From assembly GCA_020440025.1 (NCBI GenBank), contig JAGROX010000003.1, positions 6,069 through 70,068 of the forward strand: a stretch of DNA of 64,000 bases, read 5' to 3'. The position numbers were made by a program, and so were the translations under genes. This document shows positions 11,001 to 18,754 of the stretch, one piece after another (position 1 is the stretch's first letter; each line of letters begins with the position of its first letter). Origin of the DNA: Verrucomicrobiia bacterium. Lineage in GTDB: Bacteria > Verrucomicrobiota > Verrucomicrobiia > Verrucomicrobiales > DEV007. The notes beneath the pieces were generated by a model that did not search any database, was not told the DNA's origin, and saw only the letters and a list, made by a program, of their open reading frames with translations.

Positions 11001-12004
11001 TCGAAGTAGCGCAGGTCTTCGGCCCAGGGGACATCGCCGCGATTGTTGTAGGTGTGGCTGTCAACACCATCGTTGTCCCAGCCTTCGTAAACCGTGAGGG
11101 AAGGATACATCGACGTGGTGTCGGCCATACGACCCGGCTCATCGACACTCGGCCACGGCACATTGTCGTCGCGTTCCATGGTGACCGTAAAGGTCGTGTC
11201 GCGCAGCACCCGCAGAGCCACCCAGCTGGAAGTGTGTGTCCAGCCGACGGTGGGGTCGCCGGGAGCGAAAAGCGAATCGTCCTCCCAGCTCCACGCGCCA
11301 ACATGTTCGGAAAACTGCCCGGCGTCTGATCGATCGACGATCAGGGTGTGACGGTAGCCAATGCCACCGGGAGCAGGGTCAGTGATCGCGATGGTGCTGG
11401 TCGTGAAGCTGATCTGAAAGCCCTGGCGATCCGAATCTGTGGCCGGAGCGTTGCTGCCCAGCGCCAGCGTGTATTCCCCGGCTGGAAGCACCCAAGATCG
11501 GGTGATGCTCTCCTCGGTAGAATTGTCGATGTGATCGAGGTATTCGAGATCTTCGGCCCAAGCGACCACACCCCGATTGTTGTAGGTGTGGCTATCTCCG
11601 TCATCGTTGTCCCACCCCTGCCAGATCGTCAAGGAGGGATACATTGAGGCCACGCTCGCCTTTCGATCGGGCTGATCCACACTTGGCCAAGGCACGTTGG
11701 CGTCCCGGCTCATCGTCAACGTCAACACGGTGGACGCCTGGAGGTTTACGGCGACCCACTTGGAAGTGTGCGTCCAGCCGACGGTGGGTTCGGGAGGTGT
11801 GAAGAGAGAGTCGTCTTCCCAGCTCCACGCTCCGACGTGATTCGACAGCGTGGCAGAGTCGTTGCCATTGAGAGTGACAGTGTGGGCATAGCCGATTCCG
11901 CCGGATGGTCCCGGATCTGTATCAGCCACCGTGCCGGCCCGAGTGAAGCCGGCCCAAGGGATCAGGAGCCCCACGAGCAGGCAGGTTTTAGTTCTGGTTT
12001 TCAT
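8084..12004 (-). CDS. Giant secreted protein: 4x ~180-aa unrecognised repeat + I-set Ig-like + He_PIG-like + shared C-terminal tail
   Basis: 1306-aa ORF with signal peptide MKTRTKTCLLVGLLIPWAGFTRAG. Four tandem repeats span aa 30-743. The Ig-like segment is FLVGASGPEVAIQWMHNGSPIPG...GEYVAEVRNSAGS. The He_PIG-like segment is IRGLPRGLGYNRRTGEIFGIPAVSGDFEIQVFAINAAG. The tail is paralogous to those of 12068..16447 and 40564..45666. Confidence 0.8.
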   Translation of the reverse strand: MKTRTKTCLLVGLLIPWAGFTRAGTVADTDPGPSGGIGYAHTVTLNGNDSATLSNHVGAWSWEDDSLFTPPEPTVGWTHTSKWVAVNLQASTVLTLTMSRDANVPWPSVDQPDRKASVASMYPSLTIWQGWDNDDGDSHTYNNRGVVAWAEDLEYLDHIDNSTEESITRSWVLPAGEYTLALGSNAPATDSDRQGFQISFTTSTIAITDPAPGGIGYRHTLIVDRSDAGQFSEHVGAWSWEDDSLFAPGDPTVGWTHTSSWVALRVLRDTTFTVTMERDDNVPWPSVDEPGRMADTTSMYPSLTVYEGWDNDGVDSHTYNNRGDVPWAEDLRYFDHVDNSTQETITRTWFLRAGDYSLALGSNAPANNPLRQGLRFAYTTQPEFEGDPLATAGGVSYAHTVTVANGDTGSFSSHVGAWSWEDNALFSPGEPTVGWTHTSNWMALNVEEESYVTITMARDANVPWPSQADPDRKADTSSMYPSLTLYRSWDNDGGDSHTYNNRGNVAWAEDLRYLDHLDNSTEESITRTWHLPAGNYTLALGSNATSNNPNRQGYLLTYAANAFEPVRQEDPAAGGIGYSWTISVGSGDTGSLTDHVGAWSWEDNALFGEGEPPVGWTHTSRWVALHVTEPLTLDIEMSRDANVPWPSGSDPERKASTASMYPSLTLWKGWDNDGGDSHTYNNRGNVAWAEDLDYLDHCDNSSAEMITRSWTLEPGYYTMALGSNAPATDADRQGFAFSWSTSPARWVAPNLTRQPRNQMVVEGRTARFLVGASGPEVAIQWMHNGSPIPGATRPLLVVSPAMPGDAGEYVAEVRNSAGSLHSNPATLIVVSAPEILDPGLPAEFTVGQRGSFALDELPYGRYVIRGLPRGLGYNRRTGEIFGIPAVSGDFEIQVFAINAAGRSAPMTFQLAVDPMPDNSVGSFAGIIERSPLLNNQLGGTIAIRTTPSGAFSVMLKLGQSIHRTRGSLDLPQGGDSPTGDFTIVRRGRPPVDVSFTIQGNSGVISGNVSDGRSSLPFAARQPIADSTAFEGGYTFALLPDPSMAGNDGVPQGYSIGAMRITSRGLARGTIRLADRTLVSYSGPLNVDGYVDVCRLLYGGKGSLLGAFQVQDDGDLRLSAFDWFKNARPAGSRDRVYRDGFGPLLLEVTGRSYDPSLSPLDALGLMENPAGNALLSFADGGLVDPGTRLDVTVEVVAGERKAVNVISPNPGSVSLVIRSSLPFRAARNARAGICFGQFKLLDPNPLNPETELTRTVPFECVIVDDGNGPKLYGFFLMPQLPSPTSSATSLRNSPILSGNVLLEPLAP
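9776..11917 (-). repeat. Four in-frame tandem ~540-bp (about 180-aa) repeats inside CDS 8084..12004
   Basis: Repeat units cover about aa 30-205, 206-385, 386-568 and 569-743. Each carries HVGAWSWED(D/N)(S/A)LF, (T/P)VGWTHTS.W(V/M)A, (A/D)NVPWPS, MYPSLT, WDND(G/D)(G/V)DSHTYNNRG, WAEDL.Y.DH.DNS and LALGSNA. Confidence 0.9.
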
Positions 12005-12067
12005 TGTTATGTCCTTGTTTGGAGTTTGGTTGGGTTTCGGGTCAGCAAAATTTTTAGAAGCAGGCTA

Positions 12068-15000
12068 TCAGGGGAGCGGATCAAACCGCACCCGCCCAGA
12101 AAGGATCGGGGAGTTTCTCAATGTGGTCGGAGGTGGGCCGACTGACGGCATCTGCTGCAGCGTGAAGAAGCCGTAGCCGTGGTTTCCGGTGCCGTCGTTC
12201 ACCACCACAAAACGAAGAACTGATCGCCGTCGGCGTGAGGGCTCGCTCGCCAGAGTCGTGTCGAGATCAATGAGGAGAAAGGATCCCGCTCCGGTTCCGG
12301 TCGCTCCCGGAATGAATCTTCTTCCCTTTCCCGGCTGGAGCACGAAGCGAACCAGTCCAGGGTTTTCTCCCGTAATCGTTGCTGACGATGGATGGCGAGC
12401 GGGGAATTCCGCTTCTGCCACATCGAGCCGATTTGCCGGATCCGGTGCTCCGCCTTCAGTGAAGACAAGGGAAGCGCGATCGAATCCGGAAATGGTTTCG
12501 CCGCGAGGAGGGATATCGTAGAGGCCTCCCCGCACGTTCAGTTCGATCGAATCGAATCCTTCCGGGTAGCTGCGGGTCTTCGCTGTTTGCAATGCCTTGC
12601 TCCAGCTGATCGCAGATCCTTCGAGTCGATGTGTCAGTGCAGGGGCGATGTGCAGAACCCCGGCCAACGATCCGGTGCCGCGGTAGAGCAATTGAAACAG
12701 GCCGATGTTACCCCCTTCGGTCACTGGCGCTGCGAAGCGCATCCGGGTGCCGTCCGAGAGAAAGAGTCCACCCCGTGCCATGCCCCGGCCGTCAACGGTG
12801 AAACCGCCGATGCCGTCTCCCTGAGGAATGGTGTCATTCCCGATGAATTCGGCGGGAAGCGTGAGCGCGAGCGTGTGATTGCCGACGAATTCACCGGGAT
12901 TGGACGCGGCACCCGCGCCGGAAAAGTCGAGATGCTCGGCTTCGATCGTGACTCTACCTGTCAGCGTCCGGGTTGCGGGGTCGATGGTCATCGCGAGGAT
13001 GATGTCTGGCTGGTTTCGCCGCCGGATGGTGACAGTCGAGTGGGGATCGATTCCTTCGCTCACCGTCCAGGATCCCCGAACGGGAAGCCGCTTGCGACCC
13101 ATTTGCAGAATTCCGCTGTAGGACGCGAACCGACTCGTGGTGATCCGCAGCCAACCGGCGAGGTTTTCGTTTTGCATCAAATCGCGGGGGAGGACTGCTT
13201 CATAGATACCGAGCGCCTCCTCGGTGAAAGGCCGCACTTCGAGCATGACGGTGGTCGGCTTGCCGCTCGATCCTGCCGCATTGAAGGCTGTGATACGCAC
13301 CGGGAAGTTTCCCGGTCTTCGTGGTCTTCCGCTGATCATGAGTTCGTTCCTCGGGATCGAGAGCCCCGGTGGCAGGGCAGAAGCGGCGAAGCGGGTGGGA
13401 GAATTCTTCGCGGAGAGCGGCCCGATATATTCCTGGCCTACGATGGCGTAGGGGAGTGAGGTGGTATCGAAGACGGGGCGCTGAATCACGGTCAGCGTGA
13501 CCGGATTGCTGGTCACGCTTCCCGCGCCGTTGGAGATGCGAATTGCGTAATTGCCGGAATCGGCTCCCTGCGCATTGCGAAATGACAAAGTGGCACTATT
13601 GGCTCCGGAAATCGGCTTGCCGCCGCGTAGCCATTGATAGTGAAGTCCGGAGCCGGAGGCACGGGAGGTAAAATTGGTGGAGCGTCCTTCGACGATCGTT
13701 CGATCCACCGGTTGCAGGTCGATCGTCGGTGCTGGATAGACTTCGACCGAAATGCCGCGGCTTTCGGTGCTTCCTTCGGAATTAATGATGGTAATCTGGT
13801 AGGTGCCGGCGGTAGTTGCCGTCACATCAGTGATCTCCAACACCGGGCCGATCTGGCCATCCAGTGGTGTGCCGTTATGGAACCATTGGAGGTCAGCGCC
13901 AGCGCCGAGGAATTCGACTGCCAATCGCAAGGTGCCGCCCGGTGCCACCGCCGTATCCGCAGGTTCCCTGACCACGCGAGGCACTCCGTTGTAGGCGGCC
14001 AGATCGGGATCATTCCCATCGAGTACGCCGTCGAGATCAGCGTCTCCTCCGAGTCGATCTCCTTGGCCGGGAGTGACTCCGAGAAAGGTAATACTCTCCG
14101 TGCCTGTGAGGCCATCCAACAGGGTTGAACGCGAGACCATACCCTCTTCACTCCGGTCGGATCGGTAGAGCTGCGACCCGGACTGGTAGAGCCAGCGACG
14201 ATCCTCGCCGACGAATCGGCCGCGCACCACCAGTTCACAATCGCCCGCAGCGACTCGGCTTTCGAGAAAGGTGAGTTCGTTGAGCAGGGCTTGATCGGCG
14301 CGGTTGAACGGGGTAACGGTTGCGCTACGCCCAACCGCAGGAGCTGTGCCAGTATCATAGCACAGGAGGAATGCGGTGACGTCCTGAAGTTCCTGAATAG
14401 TTCGCAGATTGTCCAGGACGTAGGGATGGCCGAGTGGCATCTCGAAGCCGGTGCCGTCGTGCAACAGGCCGAAGCCTGAGGGGGATTCAGCGCCGGGACG
14501 GGGATCGAAAAAGAGTCGTTGGTAGACCGTTCGCAGGGTGGCGGTTTTTACCGGTTGCACCAACCCCGTCTCCTGGGGGAGGTCGAGATTTCCGTCAGAG
14601 CCATTCGGGTAGGCGTGGCAGGTGATGCAATGGGACTTGTTGTGGTCATTGAACAGGTCGCGGCCGATAGTCGGATTGCCCGGTCCGGCACTGGAGGGCA
14701 GGCTGCGGTCAGGGTTGCGATTGGGATTGGGATGATTGCGGAGCGTCAGGAGGTAGGCCGTGAGATCTGCCATGTCCTCGACGTCGATGAGTTCGCCACC
14801 CAGCAAATTGGGAAAAGTGGGATTGAAATCGGCAATTTCTGCGCGGTCTCCGCGCCAGTGGAAAGGGGCGCCGCCCGCGAGTCCTCTCAGCGTCTGCGTG
14901 ACCATGGGGCCTTTCATCGGATGCATCACGCGCGTGCGTGGGGTGGTATCGTGAACGGAGAGATTGGCACCGAGGACGGTCTGGAGTTCGCCTGCGGGAT

Positions 15001-16447
15001 CGCCGAGATCCCAGGCGAGCCCGTCGCGGTCGGCGTCGAGGTGGCAGATGCCACAGGAAACGAGACCGTTGCCGCTGAGCCGAGAGTCGAAGAGATAACC
15101 GCGACCGCTTTTGACTGAGCGGGGTAGTGGCTCGTGGTCGCTCAGTGACGTTTCGGCGACAACGGCAGGCGTGGTGATCTGAGTATCGATCACGCTGATG
15201 GTTTCGCTGAGCTTATTGAGCACAAAGAGGCGTTCGTTGGCGGCGTTGTAGGCAAGCCCGCGAGGGCCGCGCATTTCGTTGGATTCCCCGGTTCCACCGA
15301 TGCGTATGTCGACTCGCTCGGTGATGGCTCCGTCGGTGCTGCTGATTCGTGCGATGCGATCGCTGGCGAAGGCGGCGGTCCAGAGATGGTTTCCGTCGGG
15401 CTCGAAGACGAGGGCGGATGGCTGGGACAGCGCCACGGCGGCGGCTCCTGGATTGGGGAGCAGATTGAGATCAATGCCAGGATTGAGATCGTGAATTGAC
15501 GCGTTGCCCGTGGACAGATCGATGCTGGCGAGTCGGCTAAGGGCGAACTTTCCGTTCAACTCCGGCTCGAAACGGATTAGGTTTTGAGACTCGGTGTGGC
15601 TTGCCCACACGGTGGATCCGTCGGGGCTGACGGCGATGCCTAGAAAATTGGTGCCGATACCGTCGAAGTAGCGCTCAACGGAGTGGGTGGTGGTATCGAT
15701 CTCGGCGAGGTCATGGTCCAGCACCGTGTAAGGGATCCGGGAGTCATTTGTAGGGACGATGACGGTCGTGCGGGGTGCGGTTGGAAGAGCGGGATTTTCC
15801 GGCTCCGTGGGATTTGGTGCGGCATTGCGTGGCAACACGGTGGTGTTGTTCCCTGAATGGAGGAAGGAAACGAAAACTCGGTCGCCGGAGGGACTCGCGG
15901 CGAGGGCGGTGGGATAAAGTCCGTCGAGCGGGATGGTGTCGAGCACTGCGCCGGTGGTGAGGTCGTGGACCCAGATTTCGTTGAAGCGAGCGCACGACAC
16001 GAAGGCCTTTCCGGCAGCGAATACAACGTCAGCCGGTTCGTCGCCGGTCGCCACGGTGGTGGCCACCGTTCCGGTCCCGTCGGGATTGAGCAGGATGATG
16101 GTGAGGCTGTCGGACACCTCATTGACTACCCAGACTTCGCTGTTGCTGCGGGCACGAACGCTGACGGGTTCGAGCCCGACAGGAATCTCCGCGGTCTTCA
16201 CAAGATCGACCGTTGCGCCGGAGACTTCGAAAACGCTCAAGGACGCTGCCTCCGAATGAACCGCCAGCAGTCGCTCACCATCCGGGGTGAGCGCAATGGG
16301 GTGCGTCTGTCTCGCTTCGAACCCGGAATACGATTCCGCCTCCTGCGCCCAACTGCGATTTTGACAGGTGATGACGGCCATTATCGCCCCCGCGAGTAGA
16401 GCGGCGTCGACTAGCGATCGAAAAGGAAGCGTGGTTCGGAAAATCAT
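12068..16447 (-). CDS. Giant secreted protein: beta-propeller (YVTN-like) + di-haem cytochrome c peroxidase-like + 2x Ig-like + He_PIG-like + shared C-terminal tail
   Basis: I chose the ATG at 16447 (MIFRTTLPFRSLVDAALLAGAIMAVITCQNRSWAQ). Propeller-like repeats include PIALTPDGERLLAV, ALAASPSGDRVFVS and GIAVSPDGSTVWAS. Two CxxCH motifs are present: CGICH at nt 15041..15055 and CITCH at nt 14615..14629, with MHPMKGPM..FHWRGD between them. A calcium-site-like DADLDGVLDGNDPD follows. There are two Ig-like modules (LQWFHNGTPLDG..GTYQITIINSEGS and YQWLRGGKPISG..GNYAIRISNGAGS). Confidence 0.8.
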   Translation of the reverse strand: MIFRTTLPFRSLVDAALLAGAIMAVITCQNRSWAQEAESYSGFEARQTHPIALTPDGERLLAVHSEAASLSVFEVSGATVDLVKTAEIPVGLEPVSVRARSNSEVWVVNEVSDSLTIILLNPDGTGTVATTVATGDEPADVVFAAGKAFVSCARFNEIWVHDLTTGAVLDTIPLDGLYPTALAASPSGDRVFVSFLHSGNNTTVLPRNAAPNPTEPENPALPTAPRTTVIVPTNDSRIPYTVLDHDLAEIDTTTHSVERYFDGIGTNFLGIAVSPDGSTVWASHTESQNLIRFEPELNGKFALSRLASIDLSTGNASIHDLNPGIDLNLLPNPGAAAVALSQPSALVFEPDGNHLWTAAFASDRIARISSTDGAITERVDIRIGGTGESNEMRGPRGLAYNAANERLFVLNKLSETISVIDTQITTPAVVAETSLSDHEPLPRSVKSGRGYLFDSRLSGNGLVSCGICHLDADRDGLAWDLGDPAGELQTVLGANLSVHDTTPRTRVMHPMKGPMVTQTLRGLAGGAPFHWRGDRAEIADFNPTFPNLLGGELIDVEDMADLTAYLLTLRNHPNPNRNPDRSLPSSAGPGNPTIGRDLFNDHNKSHCITCHAYPNGSDGNLDLPQETGLVQPVKTATLRTVYQRLFFDPRPGAESPSGFGLLHDGTGFEMPLGHPYVLDNLRTIQELQDVTAFLLCYDTGTAPAVGRSATVTPFNRADQALLNELTFLESRVAAGDCELVVRGRFVGEDRRWLYQSGSQLYRSDRSEEGMVSRSTLLDGLTGTESITFLGVTPGQGDRLGGDADLDGVLDGNDPDLAAYNGVPRVVREPADTAVAPGGTLRLAVEFLGAGADLQWFHNGTPLDGQIGPVLEITDVTATTAGTYQITIINSEGSTESRGISVEVYPAPTIDLQPVDRTIVEGRSTNFTSRASGSGLHYQWLRGGKPISGANSATLSFRNAQGADSGNYAIRISNGAGSVTSNPVTLTVIQRPVFDTTSLPYAIVGQEYIGPLSAKNSPTRFAASALPPGLSIPRNELMISGRPRRPGNFPVRITAFNAAGSSGKPTTVMLEVRPFTEEALGIYEAVLPRDLMQNENLAGWLRITTSRFASYSGILQMGRKRLPVRGSWTVSEGIDPHSTVTIRRRNQPDIILAMTIDPATRTLTGRVTIEAEHLDFSGAGAASNPGEFVGNHTLALTLPAEFIGNDTIPQGDGIGGFTVDGRGMARGGLFLSDGTRMRFAAPVTEGGNIGLFQLLYRGTGSLAGVLHIAPALTHRLEGSAISWSKALQTAKTRSYPEGFDSIELNVRGGLYDIPPRGETISGFDRASLVFTEGGAPDPANRLDVAEAEFPARHPSSATITGENPGLVRFVLQPGKGRRFIPGATGTGAGSFLLIDLDTTLASEPSRRRRSVLRFVVVNDGTGNHGYGFFTLQQMPSVGPPPTTLRNSPILSGRVRFDPLP

Positions 16448-16779
16448 CGTGGCAAGAGAGAGGTTAGGAGGAGTATGGAAGAACGTTTTCGGCGGCAGAG
16501 TTCGCCCGCCAGCTGGCCCAATGCACGGCTGACGGGCGGCCGCCAAAAGGCGGCTTCCGGTTTTGCTGACCCAGTGGTTTGGGGACCGGAAAGCGGTGGT
16601 GGAAGGATCCCGGCGCAGGTAGAGGCTTTGACGCGTGAGAGCGTTTCAGCAGCAATCAGCTACCCTTTGGAGGTGGCTCCAGTGATCGGTGAAATACCGG
16701 GTCGCTGGATATCTCGCCGCTTAGCCAGATGATGGCTGGAAACAGGAGAACGCGCTGCGATCAGAGCAGCGTGCCGGGA

Positions 16780-17169
16780 TCAGGCGATCTCTTCTGGCGG
16801 CTGAGAATCGGGCGCGCTGGCGCGGGGCGCGGCGCGAAGATCGAGGGAGTCCGTAGGAAGGCGGAAAATTGGGGGTGGATTCAGGCGAACTCGCTCTGCC
16901 TGACAAATTTCCACCTTGAGCTTGGAAGGATAGTTCTGGGCGGGATCGTCGGAACCGTTTTCTTCTTGAGTGCCTTTTTCAACGACTTCGCAGAGAGGGC
17001 AGGGGTGTTCGCCGTCGAATGTCTTGCTGAGGCCCTCGCTCACTGATCCTTCCTCAAGCGAGTAAGCTACCGCCATACCAACCCAAGCGACGCCCTGCAA
17101 CACGGCCCACTGGGCCCCGATGGAAAGCATCAGAGCGCAGGTGACAAGAAGTCTGGACGCAGATTTCAC
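16780..17169 (-). CDS. Small membrane protein with an HPCPLCE Cys pair
   Basis: 129 aa. The hydrophobic N-terminus is MKSASRLLVTCALMLSIGAQWAVLQGVAWVGMAVAY, followed by FDGEHPCPLCEVV. It runs in the same direction as, and upstream of, the giant-protein cluster. I recognise no family. Confidence 0.5.
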   Translation of the reverse strand: MKSASRLLVTCALMLSIGAQWAVLQGVAWVGMAVAYSLEEGSVSEGLSKTFDGEHPCPLCEVVEKGTQEENGSDDPAQNYPSKLKVEICQAERVRLNPPPIFRLPTDSLDLRAAPRASAPDSQPPEEIA

Positions 17170-17251
17170 GTCGCGAAGGTAGACCGAGTGACCGGTTGAT
17201 CAAGCGGAACCGAAACATCCGGCGCGATCCCGGTCAATTCCGACTACGATC

Positions 17252-18697
17252 TCAATTTGGGGAGGGAGCCGGTTCAGCGGGTAACTTCTTTTCTTCGGCC
17301 GGCTTGGGAGAATCCGCTTTGGGAGAATCCGCTTTGGGTTTCTCGGCAGTAGCAGGTTTCGGAGCTTCCTTTTCGGTCTTGGGAGGATTGGGAAGCTCTT
17401 TCTTTTCAGCTGGCATGGCTCCGGGAGCGGCGCCTTTCGGAGCTTTCGGGACAGATGGAATCATGCCGGCGGGGAGACCGGGAATATTGATCGGGGATCC
17501 GTCCGGTCCGGTTGGCATGGCTCCGGGAGTAAAGGTCGGGCCGGCGTTTCCGGCTTCGGGCGCTTCTGCGCTCTTGAGAAGTTCGGAGCGTTTCTTGAGG
17601 AAAGGATTCACGACATACTCGCGCACCTTGTAAACCTTGCCCGCCATGGCTTTTTCGGCAGCGATTTTTGCCTGAAGTTTGCCCAAGGCGGAAGCGAAGG
17701 CGGCGTCACGCTCTTTGGCCTCTTCCTCGGTTTCCTCTTCGCCTGGCTTCCGCTTGTCAGGAAAGGACGCCTCCACGTCGTAGGTGAGGGAGTATTCGTT
17801 GAGGTCGGTTTTTTCGCCAACTTTGACGGTGTATTTGAAACCATTGAACGCCTCGATGACGAAGGTCGTCTTGTCGGGGGCATTTTCCTTGGCGGCGTCG
17901 CCGACCAGCACGTCTTCAAAGCGCGGGCTGGAGAATGCGTTCTTCATGGCACCGACTTTCACTGGATCGAGTTCCTCGTCGTCTTTGCCATCGACCAGAG
18001 TGAAGTCGCCATCTTCGTCTTCACGGACAAGTTTCCAATCATCCTCGGGATTGCCAGTTTGGATGGCGATGGTTTTGACCTTCTCGATTTTGAAGAAATC
18101 TTCATTCAACCAACCGGCGGGGTCGGTCTCGATGTCTGAGAAAGTCTCGCTGACCAGATAGACGGTGGGTTCACTGCCGGTCTTCACGTAGCGACCAGCC
18201 TCGGTGGTGCTGGGACCGTAGGGGCTGGGTTGACCGCTTTCGCGTTCGACCACTTTGCCGAGCCAGAGGGCGGACAGTTCCTTGCCGCTGGCATCCATGA
18301 AGCTGATCACGGTCGCGGAGGTGCCTTCGCCGCCCTTGGTGGGATCGAGCAGGGACAGGCGACTGTATTGGGATTCACCGATTTCCGGGCTTTGGACGAC
18401 TTTGAGATCCCAGATGGATCGCAGCAATCCCACCACGGTGGCGGGAGTGGCGGGGTAGTCTCCACGCTCGGCGACGGTCCAGCTGTCGGCGGATTTTTTC
18501 AGATTCAATTCCTCGGCGGAGGTTTTGATCCGAATCTGGGCCACGTCGTTGATGGGGAAGTTGTCGAAGACTTTCTCCCGATCTGTACTGCTGGCGACGG
18601 TCTGGACGTTTCCAGTGCCGACGAGTTTGACCACCAGTGCGATGGCACCGATGACGACGAAGATGATGAGAAGGCGAATCAGGGCTTTCTGTCCCAT
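17252..18697 (-). CDS. DUF4340-like protein (GldG-associated) with a Pro/Lys/Ala-rich C-terminal tail
   Basis: 481 aa with N-terminal anchor LIRLLIIFVVIGAIALVV. It sits immediately downstream of a GldG-like gene, the usual position for DUF4340 proteins. The tail is ...KTEKEAPKPATAEKPKADSPKADSPKPAEEKK. Confidence 0.65.
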   Translation of the reverse strand: MGQKALIRLLIIFVVIGAIALVVKLVGTGNVQTVASSTDREKVFDNFPINDVAQIRIKTSAEELNLKKSADSWTVAERGDYPATPATVVGLLRSIWDLKVVQSPEIGESQYSRLSLLDPTKGGEGTSATVISFMDASGKELSALWLGKVVERESGQPSPYGPSTTEAGRYVKTGSEPTVYLVSETFSDIETDPAGWLNEDFFKIEKVKTIAIQTGNPEDDWKLVREDEDGDFTLVDGKDDEELDPVKVGAMKNAFSSPRFEDVLVGDAAKENAPDKTTFVIEAFNGFKYTVKVGEKTDLNEYSLTYDVEASFPDKRKPGEEETEEEAKERDAAFASALGKLQAKIAAEKAMAGKVYKVREYVVNPFLKKRSELLKSAEAPEAGNAGPTFTPGAMPTGPDGSPINIPGLPAGMIPSVPKAPKGAAPGAMPAEKKELPNPPKTEKEAPKPATAEKPKADSPKADSPKPAEEKKLPAEPAPSPN

Positions 18698-18754
18698 GGT
18701 TCTATAGGAAGGTTGGGGTTCTTGGTAAAAGGGGGTGGGGATCGTTTCGGAAAA

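Noticed and set aside
14117-14128. A third occurrence of CAACAGGGTTGA, the core of the palindromic element, inside CDS 12068..16447.
   Set aside because: There is no matching second arm nearby and it is in coding sequence. It is probably a chance 12-mer match, so I did not count it as an element copy.
17306-17335. Exact 15-bp direct tandem repeat (GGGAGAATCCGCTTT x2).
   Set aside because: It is only two units, in frame inside a low-complexity coding tail (KADSPKADSP). It is not a CRISPR array or a regulatory repeat. It is mentioned under the ABC/DUF4340 finding only.
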